A stretch of DNA of 64,000 nucleotides from Minisyncoccota bacterium (GTDB lineage Bacteria; Patescibacteriota; Minisyncoccia; Phycocordibacterales; UBA9973): assembly GCA_041659785.1 (NCBI GenBank), contig JBAZXO010000001.1:19795-83794 (forward strand). Direction: 5' to 3'. This document shows positions 46,870 to 55,344 of the stretch, piece after piece. The notes beneath the pieces were generated by a model. It had not been told where the DNA came from. It saw only the letters and a program-made list of their open reading frames with translations, and made no database searches. The position numbers and the translations under genes are program-made. Numbering within the stretch: the first letter of the stretch is position 1; the number at the start of each line of letters is the position of its first letter.

Positions 46870-47478
46870 TTATTGTCTATTTTTTAGGGCGTTTTTGAGT
46901 GTGTCGTTGTCAGAATATTCTAGTTCTGTGCCAGTAGAGAGGCCTTTGCCTAGAGAGGATATTTTTATATTATTTTTTTCAGCTATGTCTTTAATTTGTT
47001 CGCGGACATATTGATCAGTGTGGTCACCCTGGGGGCTTATTGAAAATGCTAAAATTATTTCTTTTATATCATTACTGGATGAAATTTTCTTTTTTAATTC
47101 TTCAATGCGAACGCGGCTCTTGGTAGTTTTCTCGACGATAGGCACGAGTCCACCTAGGATAAAATATTTTCCATGATAGATGCCACTTTTCCTAATGCTT
47201 TCAAAATCAGAATCTTTTTCTACGATCATGAGGGTGGACGGGTCAGTATTTACCCCAGAACAAATCTCACAAATCTTCTCATCCTTTTTCAATATGAAAA
47301 ATCTAAAGCATTCTTTACATTGAGCCACATCCTTTTTTAATTCTAAAATAAATTTAGATAAATTTTCACTATAAGCAGGATTTCGAGACATTAAGAAATA
47401 AACAAAGCGCCTTGCTTGGCGTTCACCAATACCAGGGAATTCTTTAAAAACTTCAGTTAATTTTTCTATGATGTCCAT
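46870..47478 (-). CDS. recR: Recombination protein RecR
   Basis: PGIG-x-R-x-A-x-R, C4 Zn finger, Toprim, ELEY-x-D. Confidence 0.93.
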   Translation of the reverse strand: MDIIEKLTEVFKEFPGIGERQARRFVYFLMSRNPAYSENLSKFILELKKDVAQCKECFRFFILKKDEKICEICSGVNTDPSTLMIVEKDSDFESIRKSGIYHGKYFILGGLVPIVEKTTKSRVRIEELKKKISSSNDIKEIILAFSISPQGDHTDQYVREQIKDIAEKNNIKISSLGKGLSTGTELEYSDNDTLKNALKNRQ

Positions 47479-47494
47479 GTTTGGTTATTATATA

Positions 47495-47548
47495 CCCCCT
47501 CCGCCTTTGGCACCTCCCCCTTATTAAGGGGGAGGAAGGGTGGGGGTG
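47495..47548. repeat. GC-rich palindromic repeat (DUF559-flank family)
   Basis: CCCCCTCCGCCTTTGGCACCTCCCCCTT-ATT-AAGGGGGAGG; closely resembles the insertion in infB. Confidence 0.7.
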
Positions 47549-47550
47549 AC

Positions 47551-48945
47551 TTAGAACTCATCTAAGTCACCACTAATCTTCGAAGGGGCAAATTCACTCA
47601 AGCTGCTCTTTTCGAGGTTTAAGAAGGTTGTAGTTTTTTCATCGAAGTAGAGGTCTACTTTTCCAGTTGGTCCATTTCTATGTTTCTCGATTAATATTTC
47701 TGCAATGTTTGTCTTTTCGGATTCATCTTTTCCTTTATCTTCTCGGTGAATAAACATCACGACGTCCGCGTCTTGTTCGATAGATCCTGAATCTCGAAGG
47801 TCGGAGAGTCTAGGTTTGCCACCACGAGACTCCACAGCACGAGAGAGCTGAGAAAGCGCAAGGACGGGGACATCTAATTCTTTTGCTAAAGACTTAAGAG
47901 ATCTAGAAATTTCTGTGACTTGGTTTACCATTGAGTCATAATTTTTCGAAGTAGTCATGAGCTGTAAGTAGTCGACGACGATAAGATCAAGCCCTTTTTC
48001 AGCCTTTAGTCTGCGAGAGAGAGCTTTCATTTTAACGATTGAGTTTCCAGGTTGATCGTCGATAAAGATTTGAGCTTTTGCGAGTTTGTCCAATGAATCT
48101 CGAAGTTGTGAAAATTCATGGTCTGATGATAAGCGTCCGGTACGTAAGTTCCATGCATTCACGCGTGACTCAGCAGAGAGCATTCTGTCTACGAGTTGCT
48201 GTGAAGACATTTCTAGAGAAAATATTAATATGGATTTCTCATGAAGTACTCCAGACATGCGGGCGATGTCTAGGGCGAGAGTAGTCTTACCCATACTTGG
48301 CCTTGCCGCTAAGATAATTAAGTCGGACTTTTGCAGACCAGAGAGCATCGTGTCTAATTCTTTGAAGCCAGTAGCGAGTCCGCGAAGCATGCCTTTCGTC
48401 TCGTGTAATTTTTCTAGACGTTCATAGGCTTCAGGCAGAGCATCTTTCAAGTTTACGTATTTTTGATTTTTAGGACTGGAGACCACACTAAAAATTTTCT
48501 TTTCTGCCATGTCTAAAATATCGTCCATGTGATCATCACCTTCTTCGAAAGCGAGTTCTGAGACATAGTCCGCTGCTTCGATCAAACTTCTGAGGACATA
48601 TTTTTTCTGTACTATATCTGCATAGTGTTTTATGTTTGTGGAAGAGGGGACGACGTTTACAATCTCCGCCAAATATTGATTCCCACCGACAGCTTCGAGG
48701 AGCTTCTGTTCACTTAATTTTGTAGAGAGTGAAAGCATATCTATCGGTTCATTCTTTACGGAGAGGTCAAGCATCGCTTGGAAAATTTTCTTGTGTTTTT
48801 CTACATAGAAAGAGTCTGAAGTTATCATGTCTTCAACTTCATGCATTGCATCTTTACGAAGCATGATAGAACCTAGGACAGCTTGTTCGGAGGGAATACT
48901 TTGTGGAGGGATACGTAAATTACTATTTTTTATAACTTTTACCAT
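47551..48945 (-). CDS. dnaB: Replicative helicase DnaB
   Basis: AARPSMGKT, DYLQL, LSQLSR, DLRDSGSIEQDAD. Confidence 0.97.
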   Translation of the reverse strand: MVKVIKNSNLRIPPQSIPSEQAVLGSIMLRKDAMHEVEDMITSDSFYVEKHKKIFQAMLDLSVKNEPIDMLSLSTKLSEQKLLEAVGGNQYLAEIVNVVPSSTNIKHYADIVQKKYVLRSLIEAADYVSELAFEEGDDHMDDILDMAEKKIFSVVSSPKNQKYVNLKDALPEAYERLEKLHETKGMLRGLATGFKELDTMLSGLQKSDLIILAARPSMGKTTLALDIARMSGVLHEKSILIFSLEMSSQQLVDRMLSAESRVNAWNLRTGRLSSDHEFSQLRDSLDKLAKAQIFIDDQPGNSIVKMKALSRRLKAEKGLDLIVVDYLQLMTTSKNYDSMVNQVTEISRSLKSLAKELDVPVLALSQLSRAVESRGGKPRLSDLRDSGSIEQDADVVMFIHREDKGKDESEKTNIAEILIEKHRNGPTGKVDLYFDEKTTTFLNLEKSSLSEFAPSKISGDLDEF

Positions 48946-49036
48946 GAAGCCATTCTAGCACGGCAGAATAATTGTCAAAGTCGAAAAGTGGGCAAAGATG
49001 TTACTAAAATGTGGACAATTATGATAATATATAAAT

Positions 49037-49987
49037 ATGTCTAAAAAAGTCTTTTTGTCGGGTGTTCAGCCATCTGGAAAACCCCATATTGGTAATTATT
49101 TTGGAGCAATGAAGCAGTTTGTCGATTTGCAAAATGAGCATGAAGGTTATGTTTTTATTGCAGATTATCATGCTATGCATTCGTTGCGGAATCCAAAGGA
49201 GATGAATGAAAATATAAAAAGCGTTTTGCTTGATTATTTAGCTATTGGACTCGATCCTGAAAAAGTAACATTTTTTAAACAAAGTGATATTTCTGAACAC
49301 ACTGAACTCGCTTGGATTTTCGATACTATTACAACTATGCCATTTTTAATGCGAGCTCACGCTTTCAAAGATGCGCAAGCAAAAAATAAAGAAATTGATG
49401 TGGGTACTTTCAATTATCCAGTATTAATGGCTGCGGATATTTTGATGTATGGTCCAGACATGGTGCCAGTAGGAGCCGATCAAAAACAACACGTAGAAAT
49501 TGCTCGTGACATAGCAGAAAAATTTAACAATGTTTATGGAGATACCTTCAAGCTTCCTGAGCCAATGATATTGAAAGATGTCGCAATTGTGCCAGGTACT
49601 GATGGACGAAAGATGAGTAAGAGCTACAACAACACTATTCCACTCTTTGCAGAATATGAAGAAATAAAAAAGTGTGTGATGAGTATTGTCACAGACTCTA
49701 GTGGGGAGCTTCCAGTGAATGTATATGCTATCCACAAGCTTGTCCGTCCTGAAAGTGAATTAAAGAAAATTTATGAAGAGAAGGCTGGTAAGTACAAAGA
49801 GCTTAAAGAAATTTTAATAGAAGATTTAGAGAAATTTATCGCACCACTCCGCGAAAAAAGAAAAGAATTTGAAAAAGATATTCCTAAAGCACTTGCAATC
49901 CTAAAAGCTGGTGGTGAAAAAGCAAAAAAAGTCGCCTCCACAAAGATGGAAGAAGTCCGTGAAAAGGTTGGAGTAAACGTTTACTAA
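49037..49987 (+). CDS. trpS: Tryptophanyl-tRNA synthetase
   Basis: HIGNY, YPVLMAADIL, VG-x-DQ-x-QH, KMSKS. Confidence 0.97.
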   Translation: MSKKVFLSGVQPSGKPHIGNYFGAMKQFVDLQNEHEGYVFIADYHAMHSLRNPKEMNENIKSVLLDYLAIGLDPEKVTFFKQSDISEHTELAWIFDTITTMPFLMRAHAFKDAQAKNKEIDVGTFNYPVLMAADILMYGPDMVPVGADQKQHVEIARDIAEKFNNVYGDTFKLPEPMILKDVAIVPGTDGRKMSKSYNNTIPLFAEYEEIKKCVMSIVTDSSGELPVNVYAIHKLVRPESELKKIYEEKAGKYKELKEILIEDLEKFIAPLREKRKEFEKDIPKALAILKAGGEKAKKVASTKMEEVREKVGVNVY

Positions 49988-50111
49988 GGCTTGTTTTTTC
50001 TTGAATATATGACATAATAATGTATTCCTAGATGGAATGATTTTTGCCCTTCGTCAACTAAATATTAACTGATCCGGCAGCCCCGGAAACACATAAAAAA
50101 GGAGAAGTCCT

Positions 50112-50300
50112 ATGAATCAGCAACCTTGGCAAACCTGTAAAGTTTTAATAGTGCCCTCTGGAATGGCCTTATTTGATCTTCCTTTGTGTATCATTGAGCC
50201 TTTCGGTCACGAAGAACTTAATGATAAAGGACCCCCTATTCTTATTAAAGAAAGTTGTGATGGGTTGTGGCATTATTATCCACCCCCAAATTTCGTTTAA
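50112..50300 (+). CDS. Small ORFan (Cys/His)
   Basis: AGGAG SD; repeated hairpin leader upstream. Confidence 0.5.
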   Translation: MNQQPWQTCKVLIVPSGMALFDLPLCIIEPFGHEELNDKGPPILIKESCDGLWHYYPPPNFV

Positions 50301-50345
50301 TAAAACTGCTCCGGCAGTCCCCGGACACAAGAAAGAAGGTGTGTC

Positions 50346-50693
50346 ATGAAGGTAAATCCAAAGAAAAGACAAAAAAATATATTGGATTTTTGGTGGTGGA
50401 TAAGCATGTGGTTAAATACGGCAGATTGTGTACCCAACATGGGTGAGCTAACTGTACCCTCTCGTATTTTTTATCTCCCATGCGGATGCATGAGGAGGTA
50501 CAGGAGCGATCCAAGCTTCCGCCTTTTCTACCAGAATGGGCAATGGGTACATTATTGCCCTCACAATAATGAGATTCCCAACAAGGGTCGCGGAACTCCA
50601 ATGATTCCACCAGAGAAGGCTCCTCAAGCAGAGATCAGGAATCCCTATCCTCGTATCCTTGATCATCTCGATCTTCCCATCGATGACATCTAA
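50346..50693 (+). CDS. Small ORFan (Cys/His/Trp-rich)
   Basis: GAAGGTG SD; same hairpin leader upstream. Confidence 0.5.
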   Translation: MKVNPKKRQKNILDFWWWISMWLNTADCVPNMGELTVPSRIFYLPCGCMRRYRSDPSFRLFYQNGQWVHYCPHNNEIPNKGRGTPMIPPEKAPQAEIRNPYPRILDHLDLPIDDI

Positions 50694-50758
50694 ACGTGTT
50701 CGGCGTTTTCCGAATAATGGGAAGAGAGCCCAGCAACTCTCACGAACAAGAGGTTCCA

Positions 50759-51088
50759 ATGCAAGAGAAACCTTTTACTCCTTTAACCCCAGTTGAATCC
50801 GAGAATTGGCTCAAAGAACATGCCGGTTCATGGAGGAGATTCCTGACAGTACCGCGAGGATTCGTTTTCTCGTGTTGTGGAGAGGTAAAGGGGGTTGGCA
50901 ACAACCACGAAGAGGACATCATCAAAGCCAAAGATGGATGGGTTCACAAAACTTCCAAATGTCGGGAAATTATCCTAATGGGATATCCGGCAGTGATGGA
51001 CAAAGAGTCCAATTTCCGTCGTTGGCAGATTGAAGAAGTAAGAAAAAAAATTCGTCGAGAAGAAAGGCGCCCTTATTTTGGCGGATAA
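50759..51088 (+). CDS. Small ORFan (CC...GWVH...C)
   Basis: GAGG SD before ATG 50759; terminator downstream. Confidence 0.55.
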   Translation: MQEKPFTPLTPVESENWLKEHAGSWRRFLTVPRGFVFSCCGEVKGVGNNHEEDIIKAKDGWVHKTSKCREIILMGYPAVMDKESNFRRWQIEEVRKKIRREERRPYFGG

Positions 51089-51108
51089 CCTTCTAGAAAT
51101 TGATCACA

Positions 51109-51142
51109 AGCGGACGTTCCCAGGAACGCCCGCTTATTTTTT
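51109..51142 (+). terminator. Intrinsic terminator of the ORFan island
   Basis: GCGGACGTTCC-CA-GGAACGCCCGC followed by a U-tract. Confidence 0.7.
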
Positions 51143-51187
51143 TCTCTATTTTTATTTTTTGTTTTATGTTAAAATATTTCAGTACTT

Positions 51188-51253
51188 GTCCCGTTAGAAA
51201 TTCAACGGACATGTCATAATAAATGGGTTTATTAGTTTAAATTTCTAATGGGA
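51188..51253. repeat. TCCCGTTAGAA...TTCTAATGGGA inverted-repeat element abutting the aspS start
   Basis: TCCCGTTAGAAATT / AATTTCTAATGGGA; same family as 63556-63674. Confidence 0.7.
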
Positions 51254-52593
51254 TGAAAAATCGTATTTATATTAAGGACTTGAAGGACAATGTCGGCAAG
51301 GAAATCATCATAGCTGGATGGGTAGACGTCAGGCGTGATCAGGGTAAAATGGTATTTTTTGATATGCGAGACATGACGGGTAGGGTTCAGTGTGTTGTAT
51401 TACCTAGCCATATAGAAGCTATTGAAAAAGCAAAAGAAGTAAGGCTCGAATGGGTTCTCAAAATGACAGGAGTAGTAAACAAACGCCCAGAGAAAAATAT
51501 TAAACAAGGTGTATTAAATGGCGACATTGAACTCGAAGTTTTAAATATAGAAATTCTAGGAGAAGCTGCACCACTTCCTTTTGATATGTCTTTAGATGGA
51601 TACAATCTGGACTTGGTCACAGAGTTAGATAATCGCGCGCTCGTTTTACGTCATCCGAAAGTTCAAGCAGTTTTCAAGGTTCAAGAAACGATTATAGATT
51701 CTTTTAGAGAATTTATGAAACAAAATTTATTTTTTGAATTTCAAGCTCCATCCATTACGCCCGCAGTGGCCGAAGGTGGAAGTGAAGTTTTCCAAATTGA
51801 TTATTTTGATAAAAAGGCATATTTGACTCAATCTCCTCAGCTTTACAAGCAAATCGTGATGACTGCTTTTGAGAGAGTTTTTTCTGTTAATAAAATTTTC
51901 CGCGCTGAACCAAGCGCTACTACGAGACATTTGACGGAAGTTGTCTCTCTAGATGCCGAGATGGCATTTATCGATGGATGGGAAGATGTTCGCGATATGG
52001 CAGAAGGAACTGTGAGGTTTATTTTAGAAAAAGTAAAAGAGAAAAATTCTGAACACTTAAAACTCTTAAAAGCAGAACTTCCAGTGATGATAGAAAAGAC
52101 ACCGACACTTTCTTTAGTGGAGGCACAACAAAAAATATTTGAGAACTTTAATCGTGATGTAAGGGGAGAAAAAGACCTAAATGCACAAGATGAGAGGGAA
52201 ATCTGTGAAATTATAAAAAAAGAAACAGGTTCTGATTTTGTTTTCGTTTACGGTTATCCAACAATGAAAAAGCCTTTTTATGTTTATCCAAATCCAGAAA
52301 ATCCAGAATTCAACGAAGGAGTGGACTTACTCTGTCGTGGACTAGAATGGCTCTCTGGTGGACGCAGAATAAATAAATATGATCAGCTGATGGAACATGT
52401 GAAGTTATGGAAGATGGATCCAAATAAAATTAAAATGTTTTTAGAAGCATTTAAATACGGTGTTCCACCTGAAGGTGGTTTTGCTTTTGGATCTGAGCGT
52501 ATTACTATGCAGCTTTTAGGACTTAAAAACGTTCGCGAAGCTTCAATGTTCCCCAGAGACATGGAGAGAATAGATGAAAGATTTTCAATTTAA
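51253..52593 (+). CDS. aspS: Non-discriminating (archaeal-type) aspartyl-tRNA synthetase
   Basis: OB fold, QSPQLYKQ, FRAE, RHL-x-E, G-x-PP-x-GG, FPRD; 446 aa with no GAD insertion. Confidence 0.9.
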   Translation: MKNRIYIKDLKDNVGKEIIIAGWVDVRRDQGKMVFFDMRDMTGRVQCVVLPSHIEAIEKAKEVRLEWVLKMTGVVNKRPEKNIKQGVLNGDIELEVLNIEILGEAAPLPFDMSLDGYNLDLVTELDNRALVLRHPKVQAVFKVQETIIDSFREFMKQNLFFEFQAPSITPAVAEGGSEVFQIDYFDKKAYLTQSPQLYKQIVMTAFERVFSVNKIFRAEPSATTRHLTEVVSLDAEMAFIDGWEDVRDMAEGTVRFILEKVKEKNSEHLKLLKAELPVMIEKTPTLSLVEAQQKIFENFNRDVRGEKDLNAQDEREICEIIKKETGSDFVFVYGYPTMKKPFYVYPNPENPEFNEGVDLLCRGLEWLSGGRRINKYDQLMEHVKLWKMDPNKIKMFLEAFKYGVPPEGGFAFGSERITMQLLGLKNVREASMFPRDMERIDERFSI

Positions 52594-52923
52594 ATGAACT
52601 ATATAATTAGGGGTATCGTTGTGCACGGAGATGGATATGGTAAAAAGATTGGTTTTCCAACGACGAATTTAGAAGTAAAAGATCAAGTAATTCCTAAGTC
52701 TGGAGTGTACGCAGGCGAGGCCATTTTAGAGGATAAGAAATATCGAGCTGGGATTGTAATAGGACCAGGAGATAAAGTTGAAGCTCATTTGATAGGTTAT
52801 GCTGGGGATGCATATGGAAAATCTGTAACTCTAGAGATTGAAAAATTTATTAGAGAATTCAAAAAGTTTGAAACAGAAGAGGAGTTAATATTACAAATTA
52901 AAAAAGATATAGATTTATGTTAA
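52594..52923 (+). CDS. Stand-alone riboflavin kinase domain
   Basis: G-x-V-x-HG-x-G-x-G-x-x-IGFPT-x-N, GVY, EAH, Q-x-x-x-D. Confidence 0.88.
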   Translation: MNYIIRGIVVHGDGYGKKIGFPTTNLEVKDQVIPKSGVYAGEAILEDKKYRAGIVIGPGDKVEAHLIGYAGDAYGKSVTLEIEKFIREFKKFETEEELILQIKKDIDLC

Positions 52924-53837
52924 AAAATTATTCAGGACCAATGTTTATTATTATCGCAGCGTTACTCTGGGCCTTCGATGGGCTTATACGCCAGCATTTG
53001 TACACACTTCCACCAATTACCATAATTTTCTTTGAGCATTTGATTGGTTTGATTGTTTTGTCTCCATTTGTTTTTAAATATGTTTTAAGTACAAAGCTTA
53101 CCAAGAGAGATTGGTGGCTCGCTATACTCATAGCTATCTTGAGTGGGCTTTTCGGGACATTATGGTTTACAACGGCGCTTGGCAAGGTTCATTTTATTTC
53201 TATATCAGTAGTATTTCTCTTACAAAAACTTCAGCCAATATTTGCCATAACTACTGCCAGAATATTTTTGAAAGAAAAGTTCGACAAGAGATATATCAAA
53301 TGGGCGCTCCTCGCAATACTCTCAGCATATTTCGTAACTTTTCCAAATGGTGTAGTAAATTTAAAAACAGGTGAGGGGACTATCGTGGCAGCATTGTATG
53401 CTCTCGGTGCAGCATTTGCTTGGGGATCTTCGACTACATTTTCTAAAATGCTTCTAGGGAAAGTAGATTTTAAAGTCGGTACTTTTTATAGATTCTTGTT
53501 TACCGTAATCATCGCTTTACCTCTTTTACTTTTATTCGGGGGCTCTGTCGGAGCAGGTGTAGCAATGCCCTCCATGTCTCAATTTGGCTTCTTGTTACTT
53601 ATTGCTGTTTCTACTGGTATGCTGGCGCTTCTTATTTATTACAAAGGTCTTTCAAAAACACCCGTACATATCTCAACCATCTTGGAGCTCACATTTCCTT
53701 TCGTAGCTATTTTGTTAGACTTCATTGTAAACCATACAATACTTTCGACTTCTCAATGGATAGCTGCCTTAGTTCTCGTATTTAGTATTTACAAGATTGC
53801 ACAGTTACGAGAAGACCAAAATAATTTAGTAGATTAA
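52917..53837 (+). CDS. EamA/DMT family transporter
   Basis: ~10 TM helices in two EamA-like repeats. Confidence 0.85.
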   Translation: MLKNYSGPMFIIIAALLWAFDGLIRQHLYTLPPITIIFFEHLIGLIVLSPFVFKYVLSTKLTKRDWWLAILIAILSGLFGTLWFTTALGKVHFISISVVFLLQKLQPIFAITTARIFLKEKFDKRYIKWALLAILSAYFVTFPNGVVNLKTGEGTIVAALYALGAAFAWGSSTTFSKMLLGKVDFKVGTFYRFLFTVIIALPLLLLFGGSVGAGVAMPSMSQFGFLLLIAVSTGMLALLIYYKGLSKTPVHISTILELTFPFVAILLDFIVNHTILSTSQWIAALVLVFSIYKIAQLREDQNNLVD

Positions 53838-53839
53838 TT

Positions 53840-54169
53840 ATGTCAGATTTATTAAAGAAAAAATGTGTACCATGCGAAGGAGGAATGATGCCTTTAAGTC
53901 GTGCTGATATGCAAGATTACTTAGATGAAGTTTCTGGATGGACCTTGGACGGTGATGCTAAAAAAATTTTTAAAGAATTTAAATTTCAGGACTTTATTGG
54001 AGCAATAAATTTTGTAGAGCGCGTGGCTGATGTGGCAGAAATGGAAGAACACCATCCAGATATACAAATACACTACAATAAAGTATTACTTGAGCTCACT
54101 ACCCATGCGATAGGTGGTCTTTCTGAGAATGACTTTATCCTCGCAGCTAAAATCGACGCACATAATTAA
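53840..54169 (+). CDS. Pterin-4-alpha-carbinolamine dehydratase
   Basis: CVPCEGG, HHPDI, TH-x-x-GGLSENDFI-x-AAKI. Confidence 0.92.
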   Translation: MSDLLKKKCVPCEGGMMPLSRADMQDYLDEVSGWTLDGDAKKIFKEFKFQDFIGAINFVERVADVAEMEEHHPDIQIHYNKVLLELTTHAIGGLSENDFILAAKIDAHN

Positions 54170-54253
54170 AATAAAAATGGCGAGCCGTATAACGACCCAC
54201 CATTTTTTTTGCGCTTACTAGACGCGATGTTAGTAACCGTACTCTAGGTATCT

Positions 54254-54547
54254 TTAGTGTTCGTAAGGAATCCCAATAACAAACCATGCTACTCCCTCAG
54301 ATAAAAATTGGAGTTGGCATTTTGTTCGGTCTTCCTCATCAAACCATGAAGAATTACATTGCTGGATTTGGTTGATGTTGGTGAAAATCCATAATTCTTC
54401 ATAATCAGCTAGCCATTGAATATATTCTTCGAAGCGAGAGAAAACTTCATTTCCAAGTATTTCTCTTAAATCATTGAATATCTGCATGTTGACAATTTCT
54501 CCCGTTTTTTTCCACATACTTAGTGTTTGTTCTTTTGTGAGTTCCAT
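54254..54547 (-). CDS. ORFan
   Basis: GGGAG SD before ATG 54547; no motif recognised. Confidence 0.5.
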   Translation of the reverse strand: MELTKEQTLSMWKKTGEIVNMQIFNDLREILGNEVFSRFEEYIQWLADYEELWIFTNINQIQQCNSSWFDEEDRTKCQLQFLSEGVAWFVIGIPYEH

Positions 54548-54660
54548 CGAACTTCTCCCATTTTTAAAAAACAATTAAACACTACATTAAAATGGTAAGT
54601 GTATTACCATAGCGTTTCAAAGGTAGAACGCAAAACCTTTATTTATCCCACAGATGTATT

Positions 54661-54861
54661 TTAGTGTCCATCGACTGGCCAATCACCATACGGTCCCAGT
54701 TTTTTATTTTCTTTTATTAGAGCCCTTCTTGATATTTCGTCCATGATAATTTTTTGAATGATTGCTCTCCAATAGTGTTCCCAACCATTAATTAGTTTAA
54801 AAAGTTCTGCAACTTTTTCTTTCGTTAGACACACATCATTATTTTTTGGATTTAGCATCAT
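54661..54861 (-). CDS. Small ORFan
   Basis: AAGGAG SD; boxA-like motif upstream. Confidence 0.5.
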   Translation of the reverse strand: MMLNPKNNDVCLTKEKVAELFKLINGWEHYWRAIIQKIIMDEISRRALIKENKKLGPYGDWPVDGH

Positions 54862-54990
54862 GGACTCCTTTTTTAAAGAACAATTTTACTCTGATGACGA
54901 GTAGTCATGTGTTGTGGGGGACAACACAAAACCCCTTCCAGCTTAGGAAGGGGTTAGTTTCAAAAAATAATTTTCAAAATAATTATCGAC

Positions 54991-55317
54991 TCAAAGTAAC
55001 CCTTTCCTAAGTTGGGAAGAGCTATGGTGCTTTGATAATTTATTTAAGATTAAACGATATCCGCCGATTGGACCTTTTAGCCATTTTGCTATACGAGCAA
55101 TCGTAGTAGAAGATAATCCAGTTTTCTCAATAATTGCATTATATTGCACATCTTTGGAAAGAAGTGTTGCCGCTTCTAGCCTGTTAGAAAGTTCCTTGAT
55201 TTCTTTTTCAGTCATAATATCACGAAGAAATCGTTTAGTTTCATCGATGTTTTCTAGGATCAAAAATGCTTGAATTAGTCTTTTGTTTTCATTTGTACCC
55301 CAATCAATTTCTTTCAT
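54991..55317 (-). CDS. YerC/YecD TrpR-like HTH protein
   Basis: FL-x-D-x-x-T-x-x-E...R, TG-x-S-x-x-TI-x-R, GGY. Confidence 0.88.
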   Translation of the reverse strand: MKEIDWGTNENKRLIQAFLILENIDETKRFLRDIMTEKEIKELSNRLEAATLLSKDVQYNAIIEKTGLSSTTIARIAKWLKGPIGGYRLILNKLSKHHSSSQLRKGLL

Positions 55318-55344
55318 ATATCAACTTTAGCAAAGTAAAGTTCT

